DNA from: Gemmata obscuriglobus
GTDB lineage: Bacteria > Planctomycetota > Planctomycetia > Gemmatales > Gemmataceae
Assembly (NCBI RefSeq): GCF_008065095.1
Contig: NZ_CP042911.1
Location: forward strand, 3,570,001-3,602,000
Length of the DNA stretch: 32,000 nt
Reading direction: 5' to 3'
Positions 1 through 7,966 of the stretch are shown piece after piece. Every line of letters starts with the position of its first letter. Position 1 is the first letter of the stretch. The notes under the pieces are model-generated. The model was given only the letters and a program-made list of their open reading frames with translations, searched no databases and was not told the origin of the DNA. The translations under genes and the position numbers were made by a program.

Positions 1-1055
1 CCCTGCCGGAGCACATCGGTGGGGTGCGGAACTGGGACTACCGGTACTGCTGGCTGCGGGACGCCACGTTCACCCTCGCCGCCCTCCTCCAGAGCGGGTA
101 CGCGGACGAGGCGAAGGCGTGGCGGGAGTGGCTGCTGCGGGCCGTCGCGGGCAAGGGCGCGGACCTGCGCATCATGTACGGGGTGGGCGGCGAGCGGCGG
201 CTGCCGGAGACGGAACTGCCGTGGCTGCCGGGGTACGAGGGGTCCCAACCGGTGCGGGTCGGGAACGGGGCCTACGACCAGTTCCAGCTCGACGTGTTCG
301 GGGAGACGCTCGACTGCCTGCACCTGGCCCGGCACTACGGGCTGTCGGCCGCGGCCGACGACTGGCGGGTCGAGCGGGAGCTGCTCGGGCGGCTGGAAGA
401 CGTTTGGCGGGAGCCGGACGAGGGCATCTGGGAGGTGCGGGGGCCGGCCCGGCACTTCACCCACTCGAAGGTGATGGCGTGGGTGGCGTTCGACCGGGCG
501 GTCAAGGACGTCGAGCGGTTCGGGCTGGGCGGCCCCGTGGACCGCTGGCGGGCGCTGCGGGACGGGCTGCACGCGGAGGTGTGCGCCCGCGGGTTCAGCC
601 GGGAGCGGAACGCGTTCACCCAGTTCTACGGGAGCACCGAGGTCGATGCCGCGGTGCTGGTCATGGCCGAGGTCGGGTTCCTGCCGCCGACCGACCCGCG
701 CCTGGTCGGCACCGTCGCGGCCGTCGAGAGCGATCTGGTCCGCGACGGTTTCGTGGACCGGTACCGCACCGAGAGCGGGGTGGACGGACTGCCCAAGGGT
801 GAGGGGGCGTTCCTCCTGTGTACCTTCTGGCTGGCCGACAACTACGCCCTCATGGGCCGGACGGAGGACGCCCGGCGCGTACTGGAGCGGGTGCTGGCGG
901 TGCGCAACGACGTGGGGCTGTTGGCCGAGGAGTACGACCCGGTCGCCCGCCGCCAGCTCGGCAACTTCCCGCAGGCGTTCTCGCACCTGGGGCTGGTCAA
1001 CACGGCCCGCAACCTGACCCAGCGGGAGAAGCCGGCACAGGTGCGGACGGCGTAG
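1..1055 (+). CDS. Glycoside hydrolase family 15 protein (glucoamylase/trehalase-like), C-terminal ~350 aa; 5' end lies outside the window
   Basis: The frame of ORF 24..1055 stays open back to the window edge. The translation LPEHIGGVRNWDYRYCWLRDATFTLAAL is the classic GH15 catalytic-domain motif. Later segments (FLLCTFWLADNYALMGR, FPQAFSHLGLVNTA) fit the GH15 (alpha/alpha)6 barrel C-terminus. Recognised from memory; no search run. Confidence 0.85.
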   Translation, partial: LPEHIGGVRNWDYRYCWLRDATFTLAALLQSGYADEAKAWREWLLRAVAGKGADLRIMYGVGGERRLPETELPWLPGYEGSQPVRVGNGAYDQFQLDVFGETLDCLHLARHYGLSAAADDWRVERELLGRLEDVWREPDEGIWEVRGPARHFTHSKVMAWVAFDRAVKDVERFGLGGPVDRWRALRDGLHAEVCARGFSRERNAFTQFYGSTEVDAAVLVMAEVGFLPPTDPRLVGTVAAVESDLVRDGFVDRYRTESGVDGLPKGEGAFLLCTFWLADNYALMGRTEDARRVLERVLAVRNDVGLLAEEYDPVARRQLGNFPQAFSHLGLVNTARNLTQREKPAQVRTA

Positions 1056-1545
1056 CTGGCGCCCCCAGCTTGGCCCGGATGTCGGCCGCGATCCGGTCCG
1101 GGGGCGGGGCGGCGTCCACCGTCACCTCCCCGACCGGCGGCTCCATCGCTTCGAGCTGGCTCCGCAGCATGTTGGCACCCATGAAGTGCCCCTTCCGGCT
1201 CTCCAGCCGCTCGCGGAAGAGGGCCTCCGACCCGTGCAGGTACACGTACCGGACGCACGCCGGGTCGTCGCGCTCGAGATAATCCCGGTACTCGTGCTTC
1301 AGCGCCGAGCACGCCACCACGATGTTCTCGTCGGTCGCGCACGCCGCGTCGATCCGCTGCCGCAGGGCCTTCAGCCACGGCCTCCGGTCGGCGTCGGTGA
1401 GCGGGGTGCCGCCCGCCATTTTCGCGACGTTCTCCGGCGGGTGGTAGTCGTCCCCCTCGACGAACTTCCACCCCAGGTCGGCGGCCAACTGCTTCCCGAC
1501 CGTCGTCTTGCCCGAGCCGGAAACGCCCATCAGTACGATCACCAT
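997..1545 (-). CDS. gntK: Gluconokinase (gluconate kinase, P-loop)
   Basis: MVIVLMGVSGSGKTTVGKQLA (Walker A), GDDYHPPENVAKMAGGTPLTDADRRPWL, VVACSALKHEYRDYL and RKGHFMGANMLRSQLEAMEPP match E. coli GntK motif for motif as I remember it. GGAGG lies 5 nt upstream of ATG 1545. The ATG is 11 nt after the antiporter stop, so the two look like an operon. The 3' end overlaps the convergent GH15 gene by 59 nt. Confidence 0.9.
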   Translation of the reverse strand: MVIVLMGVSGSGKTTVGKQLAADLGWKFVEGDDYHPPENVAKMAGGTPLTDADRRPWLKALRQRIDAACATDENIVVACSALKHEYRDYLERDDPACVRYVYLHGSEALFRERLESRKGHFMGANMLRSQLEAMEPPVGEVTVDAAPPPDRIAADIRAKLGAPATPSAPVPASPAGSGCGPC

Positions 1546-1556
1546 GTGGACCTCCG

Positions 1557-2789
1557 TCAGTGCGCCGCTGTGGCCACCAAATCGCGCTCCGCCGGCTCAC
1601 CCGCCCGCTCACGCGACCACCGATCGGCCAGGAAGAACGCGACCGGGTTGAGGGTGATGGACAGCAGCGCCCCGGCCACGATCAGGCTCTGCCCTTCGGG
1701 CGGGAGCAGCTCCAGGGCGATCCCCAGCCCGGCCAGGATGAACGAGAACTCGCCGATCTGGGCCAGCGCCGCCGAGACGCTCAGCGCGGTCTGCCGCGCT
1801 CCGCCGAGCCCCAGCACGATGCCGACCGCCGCCAGCGACTTGCCGACGACGATGATGCCGAGCACGGCCAGCACCCGGAGCGGCTGCTCGACCAGCACCC
1901 GCGGGTCGAACAGCATGCCGACGGACACGAAGAACAGCACCGCGAACACGTCCTCCAGCGGCTGCAACTTGTCCACCGCCTTGTGCCCGACTTCCGAGGC
2001 GTTCAGCACCATCCCGGCGAAGAACGCGCCGAGCGCGAACGACACCCCGAACACTTCCGTCGCGGCGTATGCGATGCCGACCGACTGGGCGACCACCGCC
2101 AAGGTGAACAGTTCCCGCGACCCGATCGCTTCGACCTTCCTCAGCAGCCACGGGAACAGGCGGGTGCCGACGACGAGCATGAGGGCGACGAACGCCGCCA
2201 CCTTGCCCAGCGCGAGCCCCAGCGTGGCCCACAGGTTCGACCCGTCCGCCGCCGCCTTCCCGCCGAGCGGCCCGGCCAGGGCGGGGAGCAGAACGAGAGC
2301 CAGGACGATGACCAGGTCCTCGACGATCAGCCACCCGATCGCGATGCGGCCGTCGCCCGTGTCCAGCCGGTTCCGGGCTTCGAGCGCCTTGAGCAGGACG
2401 ACCGTGCTCGCGACCGACAGTGCGAGGCCGAACACAACGCCGGCCCCGAGGGACCAGCCCCAAAAGTACGAGACGCCCACGCCCATGCCGGTGGCGGCGG
2501 CGATCTGCACGATCGCCCCGGGCAGCGCCAGCTTGCGGACGGCCCACAGGTCGTGGATGGAGAAGTGCATCCCGACCCCGAACATGAGCAGGATGACCCC
2601 AATCTCGGCGAGTTCGTGGGCGATCTTCGCGTCGCCCACGAACCCGGGAGTGAACGGGCCGACGGCGACGCCGGCGAGCAGATACCCGACGAGCGCGGGG
2701 AGTCGGAGCCGAACGGCGACGCACCCGAGCGCGAACGCGAGGGTGAGGCCGACGGCGATCAGGGCGATGAGGGACGTTTCGTGCGGCAT
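1557..2789 (-). CDS. Cation:proton antiporter, CPA2 (Kef/YbaL-like) membrane domain without RCK domain
   Basis: MPHETSLIALIAVGLTLAFALGCVAVRLRLPALVGYLLAGVAVGPFTPGFV...HELAEIGVILLMFGVGMHFS is the typical N-terminal region of CPA2 antiporters. The 410-aa product is hydrophobic throughout with many predicted TM segments. Start placed at ATG 2789 (MPHETS) rather than the ORF-track start 2843. Confidence 0.8.
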   Translation of the reverse strand: MPHETSLIALIAVGLTLAFALGCVAVRLRLPALVGYLLAGVAVGPFTPGFVGDAKIAHELAEIGVILLMFGVGMHFSIHDLWAVRKLALPGAIVQIAAATGMGVGVSYFWGWSLGAGVVFGLALSVASTVVLLKALEARNRLDTGDGRIAIGWLIVEDLVIVLALVLLPALAGPLGGKAAADGSNLWATLGLALGKVAAFVALMLVVGTRLFPWLLRKVEAIGSRELFTLAVVAQSVGIAYAATEVFGVSFALGAFFAGMVLNASEVGHKAVDKLQPLEDVFAVLFFVSVGMLFDPRVLVEQPLRVLAVLGIIVVGKSLAAVGIVLGLGGARQTALSVSAALAQIGEFSFILAGLGIALELLPPEGQSLIVAGALLSITLNPVAFFLADRWSRERAGEPAERDLVATAAH

Positions 2790-3036
2790 AACGGTCCTAA
2801 CGGTGCGGTCAGCGTGTCCATCTCGCCAATGGCGGGGGCGCAAAGTGGGGCCGGGCTACGAATCGGCTTCGCCCAGCACCTGATGTGCACCACACCGGAC
2901 GCCGCAAGGCGTGGGCGTGCGGAACAGCAGCACGAAAGAAGCCGGTGCCGGCACGAACACCCCTGCCGGAAAGTGCCGGAGCGAGATCGGCTGACGACGA
3001 GAAGCACATGCCATGCCCGCAGAGCTGTTCTGGTCC

Positions 3037-3130
3037 GACGGCAGCGCGGTGACTGGGTAGCGAGGCTCAAGGCTGAAGTGAGGTGTTCAACTTCTGGCAG
3101 CGCGTGCGGAAGTTGAACACGGCTGCCGTC
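3037..3130. repeat. Nested inverted repeats: 9-bp outer stem (3037-3045/3122-3130) and 12-bp inner stem (3083-3094/3109-3120)
   Basis: Read directly: gacggcagc...gctgccgtc and gtgttcaacttc...gaagttgaacac, both perfect. Located in the 561-bp non-coding gap between the antiporter start (2789) and the stop of the 3351 gene. No U-tract on either strand. Confidence 0.4.
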
Positions 3131-3350
3131 TCGGCAGGTGACCAACGCGCACAGCACTGTAGTATAGTCAAGTTTAGATCGGTCGTTTTGTCGTGCGGTA
3201 ATTGATGGTGGGGAGTGGACTCGTACCGAAACGACATGCCGGGGGTGGGCGATGACACACCGCCCGTGAGCGGGCGGTGTGAGGTGAACTCGTTCACTCC
3301 GACGGCGGCCGCATTCTTCAAGATCGCCGGGCCGCGCAACCTGATCGCGG

Positions 3351-3767
3351 TCACCCCTTGTTCTTCGCTTCGGGCACGACGGTCGGCAGTTGGTGTTGGG
3401 GCAGGTCCTCGGACTCGATCTTGATGCCGGTGACCGGGTGCACCTTGCCCTGCTTGTCCTTCCACCCGATCAACCGCAACCGCGTCCCGCTCACCTTCTC
3501 GGCCACGAACCCGTTGTTCTCCCAGCCAACGACCGCCGCCTCCACGCCGCTCGAACGGTAGTTGCCATGACTGACCGAGTACTGGCCCGGCTTATTAAAG
3601 CCATCAACGGTGACCTTGTAGCTGATGGTGCACCGCCCGTCCTCCGGCGGCCCGCAGAGGTCGATGACCACGCCCACCCGCTTGGGCGGCTTCGGGTCGT
3701 CGGCGGGGAGGTGGTGAGCCAAGAACGCGGCAAGTGCCACCGTAAGGATCAACTGTATCGCCCGCAT
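3351..3767 (-). CDS. Small secreted hypothetical protein (paralog 1 of a tandem pair)
   Basis: MRAIQLILTVALAAFLAHHLPADDPKP looks like a Sec signal peptide. GGAGG lies 6 nt upstream of ATG 3767, so this start is preferred over 3773 and 3803. The protein is homologous over its full length to the 3882..4301 product; the C-terminal 44 aa are 35/44 identical by my count. No known family recognised. Confidence 0.7.
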   Translation of the reverse strand: MRAIQLILTVALAAFLAHHLPADDPKPPKRVGVVIDLCGPPEDGRCTISYKVTVDGFNKPGQYSVSHGNYRSSGVEAAVVGWENNGFVAEKVSGTRLRLIGWKDKQGKVHPVTGIKIESEDLPQHQLPTVVPEAKNKG

Positions 3768-3881
3768 GGACATCCTCCGTCGGCGACCGCCGGCCCAAAC
3801 CACGAGGGTCTGGCCAGCGGCGGTCAGGTCAAGGAACGTTACTACGCCTGCAAATTGAGGCGGACGGTTGCCGCCGCGGGG

Positions 3882-4301
3882 TCAGCCCATGTTCTTGGCG
3901 TCGGGAACGACTTTGGGGAGTTGCTCGGCCGGCAGGTCCTTGGACTCGATCTTGATACCGGTGACCGGGTACACCTTGCCCTGCTTGTCCTTCCGCCCGA
4001 TCAACCGGATGCGGGTGTCGCCCGCCTTTTCCACCACGTAGCCGGCGGTCTGCCAGCCGTCCATGGCCGCCGCGACCTTCGTCGGGTTGTACCCTCCGCC
4101 GTAGCAGATCGGGCAGACATCCGTTTGTAGTCCCCCCCCGAAGGTGATGGTGAAGGTGATGGTGAAGTTCCCGCCCTCGGGCGGGTTCGGCGGCCCGCGC
4201 AGGTCGAGGACCACACCCGAGGGCTTGGGGTCGTCGGCGTGCACCGCGGTGGTGACGCCGAGCGCGAACAGCAGCAAAAAAGGAATCGTGAGGGTTCGCA
4301 T
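3882..4301 (-). CDS. Small secreted hypothetical protein (paralog 2 of a tandem pair)
   Basis: MRTLTIPFLLLFALGVTTAVHADDPKP looks like a signal peptide. AGGAG lies 9 nt upstream of ATG 4301. The C-terminus TRIRLIGRKDKQGKVYPVTGIKIESKDLPAEQLPKVVPDAKNMG matches paralog 1. The coding strand contains a G8 tract and a 12-bp x2 tandem repeat (FTITFTIT). Confidence 0.7.
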   Translation of the reverse strand: MRTLTIPFLLLFALGVTTAVHADDPKPSGVVLDLRGPPNPPEGGNFTITFTITFGGGLQTDVCPICYGGGYNPTKVAAAMDGWQTAGYVVEKAGDTRIRLIGRKDKQGKVYPVTGIKIESKDLPAEQLPKVVPDAKNMG

Positions 4302-4497
4302 TGTCGAAAACTCCTGCGGTTGGAAGGCCGTGCGTCAGAGTCGGGCAACTCAAACGCCGATGGCCCACGGCGACCGCTGCCCGCACCTGTGACGGTGAAC
4401 GGGAAGCGGCAGCGACGACCAGCAACTCGCCTCTGCCCGGTCGAAAGTGTCGAAGCTGACTCAGCACACGGCCGTGGCTGTTAGTAACGTTTGATAA

Positions 4498-4682
4498 CGA
4501 GCCGCGACCGCCAGGGTAATGGCACTCGTTTTCCCTGTTTACCTGGTCGCCTGTGCGCTGAATTTGGATAACCTGAGCAAACTTTCCGACGCAAAGCCGA
4601 ATTCAGACTTCCCGAATTCAGCGCACAAGTGAACACTAAAAACCGAAAACGAGTGCCATTACCCTGGCGGTCGCGGCTCGTC
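4498..4682. repeat. MITE-like 185-bp extended palindrome (37-bp perfect terminal inverted repeats plus an inner 13-bp inverted repeat)
   Basis: Arms 4498-4534 (aacgagccgcgaccgccagggtaatggcactcgttttc) and 4646-4682 are perfect reverse complements. An inner pair, 4553-4565 (tgtgcgctgaatt) and 4616-4628, is also perfect. The element is lower in GC than its flanks and has no coding potential. Its 20-nt core acgagccgcgaccgccaggg recurs at 30284 and 30325. Confidence 0.7.
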
Positions 4683-4710
4683 GAAACGCGCAGTGCAACC
4701 ACGGCCGTCT

Positions 4711-5589
4711 TTAGTTGGCCGTCCCGGTTGGGAAGTTGCGGTCCGATTTACCGGTTGCCCCGTAATGTCCGGAAACGTGGGGTAGGTAGAAGATGGCGCC
4801 AGGGGCTGCTGAGTGACGGACAGACGCACGTCGCTGATTCGCGTCACCCTTACCCCAGACGGTTACCACACCTGTGCCGGCGTCCACATCGATGCCGAGG
4901 CTCTTCAGTTCGTCCTTGACCCGCTCGGCGGCCTTGATGCCGTTGACATTTAGCTCTGCCTGTGTGAAGTTGATGAGGACCGAAGTTATGGTGTCATCGT
5001 CAAGGAGAACTCGAACGTTGACCTGCGGCGGTATGACTTCCAGACCAGTAAAATCGATCTTCACATACGGTTTGTTGGCCGCGGCGAGCACTGGACTCGT
5101 GAACTGCGTGCCGGCCGCATCGACGCCGGTGGCCGCGCCACCGCTCAGCAGCAGTTGCTGGTACGCTCCGGAGGCCGCGGGCAGGTCAAACGCTGCCGAT
5201 AACCCCACGAACAGGCCGTTCTGGTACTCGGCCATTGGCGTCGTCACGGCGTTTGCGCTCGTCAGGTAAGTGCCCTGGAACGTGAGCGTCAGATCGGACA
5301 CCGGGAGCGATTGGGATGACAGCGCCGGGTTAACGCCCGATGGATCGGTGAACTCGCCGACGCCCGTCTCGCCGGGCAGGTCGAACGTGAAGACCGCGGG
5401 CACGTCGCGGACCTCGAATCGCTCCAGCGCCGGCCGGAAGCGGCTCGCGCCGTTCGTATTCACTGACACTTGGTCGCGTGGGGGAATGATGCCCCGAGGA
5501 CACGGCGCAGGGTTGCCGCAACTCGCGAACGGATCATGGACGAAACTCCCCTGGATTTGCCGAACGGGATTTGGGCCGGAGAGGTACAA
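4711..5589 (-). CDS. Hypothetical secreted protein with planctomycete-type LExxExRxxP N-terminal motif; start codon uncertain
   Basis: RPALERFEVRDVPAVFTF resembles the LE-x-LE-x-R-x-x-P leader motif seen near the N-terminus of many planctomycete extracellular proteins (from memory). The rest is T/S/G/A/V-rich and looks beta-type. The track start 5589 is a TTG. A sigma70-like promoter at 5592-5620 would place the TSS at about 5585, so in-frame GTG codons at 5469 and 5463 are alternative starts. Confidence 0.55.
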   Translation of the reverse strand: MYLSGPNPVRQIQGSFVHDPFASCGNPAPCPRGIIPPRDQVSVNTNGASRFRPALERFEVRDVPAVFTFDLPGETGVGEFTDPSGVNPALSSQSLPVSDLTLTFQGTYLTSANAVTTPMAEYQNGLFVGLSAAFDLPAASGAYQQLLLSGGAATGVDAAGTQFTSPVLAAANKPYVKIDFTGLEVIPPQVNVRVLLDDDTITSVLINFTQAELNVNGIKAAERVKDELKSLGIDVDAGTGVVTVWGKGDANQRRASVRHSAAPGAIFYLPHVSGHYGATGKSDRNFPTGTAN

Positions 5590-5591
5590 GA

Positions 5592-5620
5592 ATGGTAAAC
5601 CCGCCAGACCAACCTGTCAA
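5592..5620 (-). promoter_or_regulatory. Sigma70-like promoter candidate (-35 TTGACA, 17-nt spacer, -10 TACCAT)
   Basis: The minus strand reads TTGACAggttggtctggcgggttTACCAT in an AT-richer 76-bp gap upstream of the 4711..5589 ORF. Planctomycete promoter consensus is poorly defined, so this is only a pattern match. Confidence 0.3.
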
Positions 5621-5665
5621 CATTATTAGTCGCGAGTTGCGCCGAATTTATCTTCAACAGAAAGG

Positions 5666-7108
5666 TTACTCTCCGCCCTTGCGCTTCGGCGGGTCGCGGT
5701 AGTCGAGCGGCGGCGGCTGGTCCTTGTCGAGCATCGCCGCGTACTTGCGCCCGTCGAGGCGCTTCGTGTGCTCGGCCTTCGCGGCGTCGCGTAGCTTCTC
5801 GTCGGTGAACAGGTCGAACGCGGTGGCGGCGAGCGTGCGGGCCGCGAGGTTCATGCCCTTCTTGCCGATCGTCGTACCGCCGCACGCGACCGCCTGCCAG
5901 GAGTGGCCCGGGGTGCCCGGCACCCAGCACGCGGTGCCGAACCCGACGACCGGGACCGCCCACGACACGTCGCCCACGTCGGTGCTGCCCCCGCTCGACT
6001 TCCCGGACACGTCGAACACATGCGAAATGTCGTCCAGCGGCGGCGCCTTGTCCGGGAACGTTTCGCGCAAGCGGAGCGCGAACTTCGTTTCCGTGTCGTC
6101 GTACTTCAGGTCGTTGAGTGCGGTGAGGTTCTTCTTCGCGACCTGCGCGAGTGTGTCGTTGGGCAGGATCTCCATCGTGCCGCCCAGGTACACGACTTCA
6201 AGCTTCGTTTCGGTCGCGAGCGCCGCCCCCTGGGCGCACTTCAGGAGCCGCGGGTAGAGCTTCTGAACCACGTCGGCCTTCGGGTGCCGCACGTAGAAGA
6301 ACCCCTCGGCGAACTCGGGCACGACGTTGGCGGCCCCGCCCCCGCTCGTGACGGTGTGGTGCAGCCGGGTGCCGTCGGGCGTGTGCTCGCGCATCAGTTC
6401 CACCGCGTGCATCGTGAGCACCAGGGCGTCCAGCGCGGATCGTCCCTTTTCCGGCGAACCGGCGGCGTGTGCGGCGGTGCCGTGGAACCGGAACTTCACC
6501 GCGATGCGCGCGAGGCAACTGGCGTCGCCGGCCGAGTTCCGCGCGCCCGGGTGCCAGTGGAGCACCGTGTCGCAGTCGTCGAACAGCCCGGCTCGCGCCA
6601 TGAACACCTTCGCCGCCCCCCCCTCTTCGGCCGGGCACATGTAGAACCGCACCGTGCCCTTCAGTTTGCCGGCCTTGATCTGCTCCGCGATGGCGATACT
6701 CGCGGAGAGCGACGCGGTGCCGAACAGGTGGTGCCCGCACGCGTGGCCGTACCCGTTACCGTCCTTGCGCGGCTGGCGGAACGGGACGGCATCTTGTGAC
6801 AGCTCGGGGAGCGCGTCGAACTCGCCCAGAATGCCGATGACGGGTTTGCCGCTGCCGAACTCGGCGGTGAACGCGGTCGGAATCTTGGCCACGCCCTTCG
6901 TCACCTTGAAGCCCGCTTTTTCGGCCACTTCGGCAAGCGCGAGGGCGGATCGCTTCTCCTGGTAGCCCGGCTCGGCGAACTCCCAGATCTTCAGCGCCAC
7001 CGGCCAGTTGGCGTCGGCGTGCGTCCCGGCGGACGCGATCGCGGCGTCCTTTTGGGCCAGCGCGATCGCCGGTGTGAGCAGAGCAACAAGAACGGGAAGC
7101 AATCGCAT
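5666..7108 (-). CDS. M20 family amidohydrolase, AbgB-like (aminobenzoyl-glutamate utilisation protein B family), with N-terminal signal peptide
   Basis: GKPVIGILGEFDALPELSQ, GHACGHHLFGTASL, GTVRFYMCPAEEGGAAKVFMARAGLFDDCDTVLHWHPG, FHGTAAHAAGSPEKGRSALDA, STDVGDVSW and GTPGHSWQAVACGGTTIGKKGM align block for block with E. coli AbgB as I remember it. The N-terminus MRLLPVLVALLTPAIALAQ looks like a Sec signal. Confidence 0.85.
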   Translation of the reverse strand: MRLLPVLVALLTPAIALAQKDAAIASAGTHADANWPVALKIWEFAEPGYQEKRSALALAEVAEKAGFKVTKGVAKIPTAFTAEFGSGKPVIGILGEFDALPELSQDAVPFRQPRKDGNGYGHACGHHLFGTASLSASIAIAEQIKAGKLKGTVRFYMCPAEEGGAAKVFMARAGLFDDCDTVLHWHPGARNSAGDASCLARIAVKFRFHGTAAHAAGSPEKGRSALDALVLTMHAVELMREHTPDGTRLHHTVTSGGGAANVVPEFAEGFFYVRHPKADVVQKLYPRLLKCAQGAALATETKLEVVYLGGTMEILPNDTLAQVAKKNLTALNDLKYDDTETKFALRLRETFPDKAPPLDDISHVFDVSGKSSGGSTDVGDVSWAVPVVGFGTACWVPGTPGHSWQAVACGGTTIGKKGMNLAARTLAATAFDLFTDEKLRDAAKAEHTKRLDGRKYAAMLDKDQPPPLDYRDPPKRKGGE

Positions 7109-7226
7109 GGTGTGTCCTGGGGCGACGAGGGTACTCGATTCTCACCCGCACACGCGGTCCGAGCAACGGTTTCGCGGTCGGGCCGGTGGGGGGCTCCCTA
7201 CACTCATTTAGGAGGGAACCCCGCAC

Positions 7227-7769
7227 ATGACCGCGATCGATTTTCTGGGCGCCGGCGAGATCCTCGGGGCGATGATCACGCCGGCTCTCCTCATCAGCGC
7301 GTCGGGCACGCTGTCGCTGTCGACCGCGAACCGGCTCGGCCGCGTGGTGGACCGCATCCGCGCGCTGACCGAGGTGGCCGAGGGGCTGCCGGACGGGGTG
7401 GTCACCGAGGAGGTGGTCGCGAAGCGGGCACTGATCGCGGACCAGATCCGGTGGCACACGCAGCGGCTGACCCTGCTCCAGAGCACCATCGTGACGCTGT
7501 ACACGGCCATCGGGCTGCTGGTGGGCGCGAGCCTGACGGTCGGGCTGTCGGCCTCGACGAAGTGGGCGCTGGGGTGGATCCCGGTGGCGTTCGGGCTGTC
7601 GGGCGCGTGCGCGCTGCTGGTGGCCGCGGTGCGGCTCATCCGGGAGTCGCGGCTCGCGGTCCGCGGCGCCCAGGTGGAACTCAGTTACGTGGCCAAGGTG
7701 GTGGCGCGGAAGACCACCGTGCCGGTTCCGATCATGGACAAGCCCGAAGGCGGCCAGGGCGAGGGCTAG
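7227..7769 (+). CDS. DUF2721 domain-containing membrane protein
   Basis: GAMITPALLISASGTLSLSTANRLGRVVDRIRAL matches the conserved DUF2721 N-terminal block (from memory), followed by two further hydrophobic segments. AGGAGGG lies 10 nt upstream of ATG 7227. Confidence 0.7.
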   Translation: MTAIDFLGAGEILGAMITPALLISASGTLSLSTANRLGRVVDRIRALTEVAEGLPDGVVTEEVVAKRALIADQIRWHTQRLTLLQSTIVTLYTAIGLLVGASLTVGLSASTKWALGWIPVAFGLSGACALLVAAVRLIRESRLAVRGAQVELSYVAKVVARKTTVPVPIMDKPEGGQGEG

Positions 7770-7966
7770 GCGTTCACATGCCGGGATCATGTGCGTTCGT
7801 GCGGGACCCAGCCTACACCGGGCATCCTATGGTATGCCACCGGCGACTCACGGTTGCTTGAGGCGCTTGCGCCTGCGGGGTGTTGCCCTCGATCCTTGGT
7901 TCACGGCCCGTTGGTCCCGGTGGCGTCCCGCCTTCCACAAGCGCGGTACGCGCGGAGCAATCCCAC

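Noticed and set aside
1186-3116. Long plus-strand ORFs 1186..2883 (565 aa) and 1560..3116 (518 aa)
   Set aside because: They are antisense or alternate-frame shadows of the well-supported antiporter and gntK genes. The translations are R/P/A/S/T low-complexity with no motifs, as expected for stop-poor frames in high-GC DNA.
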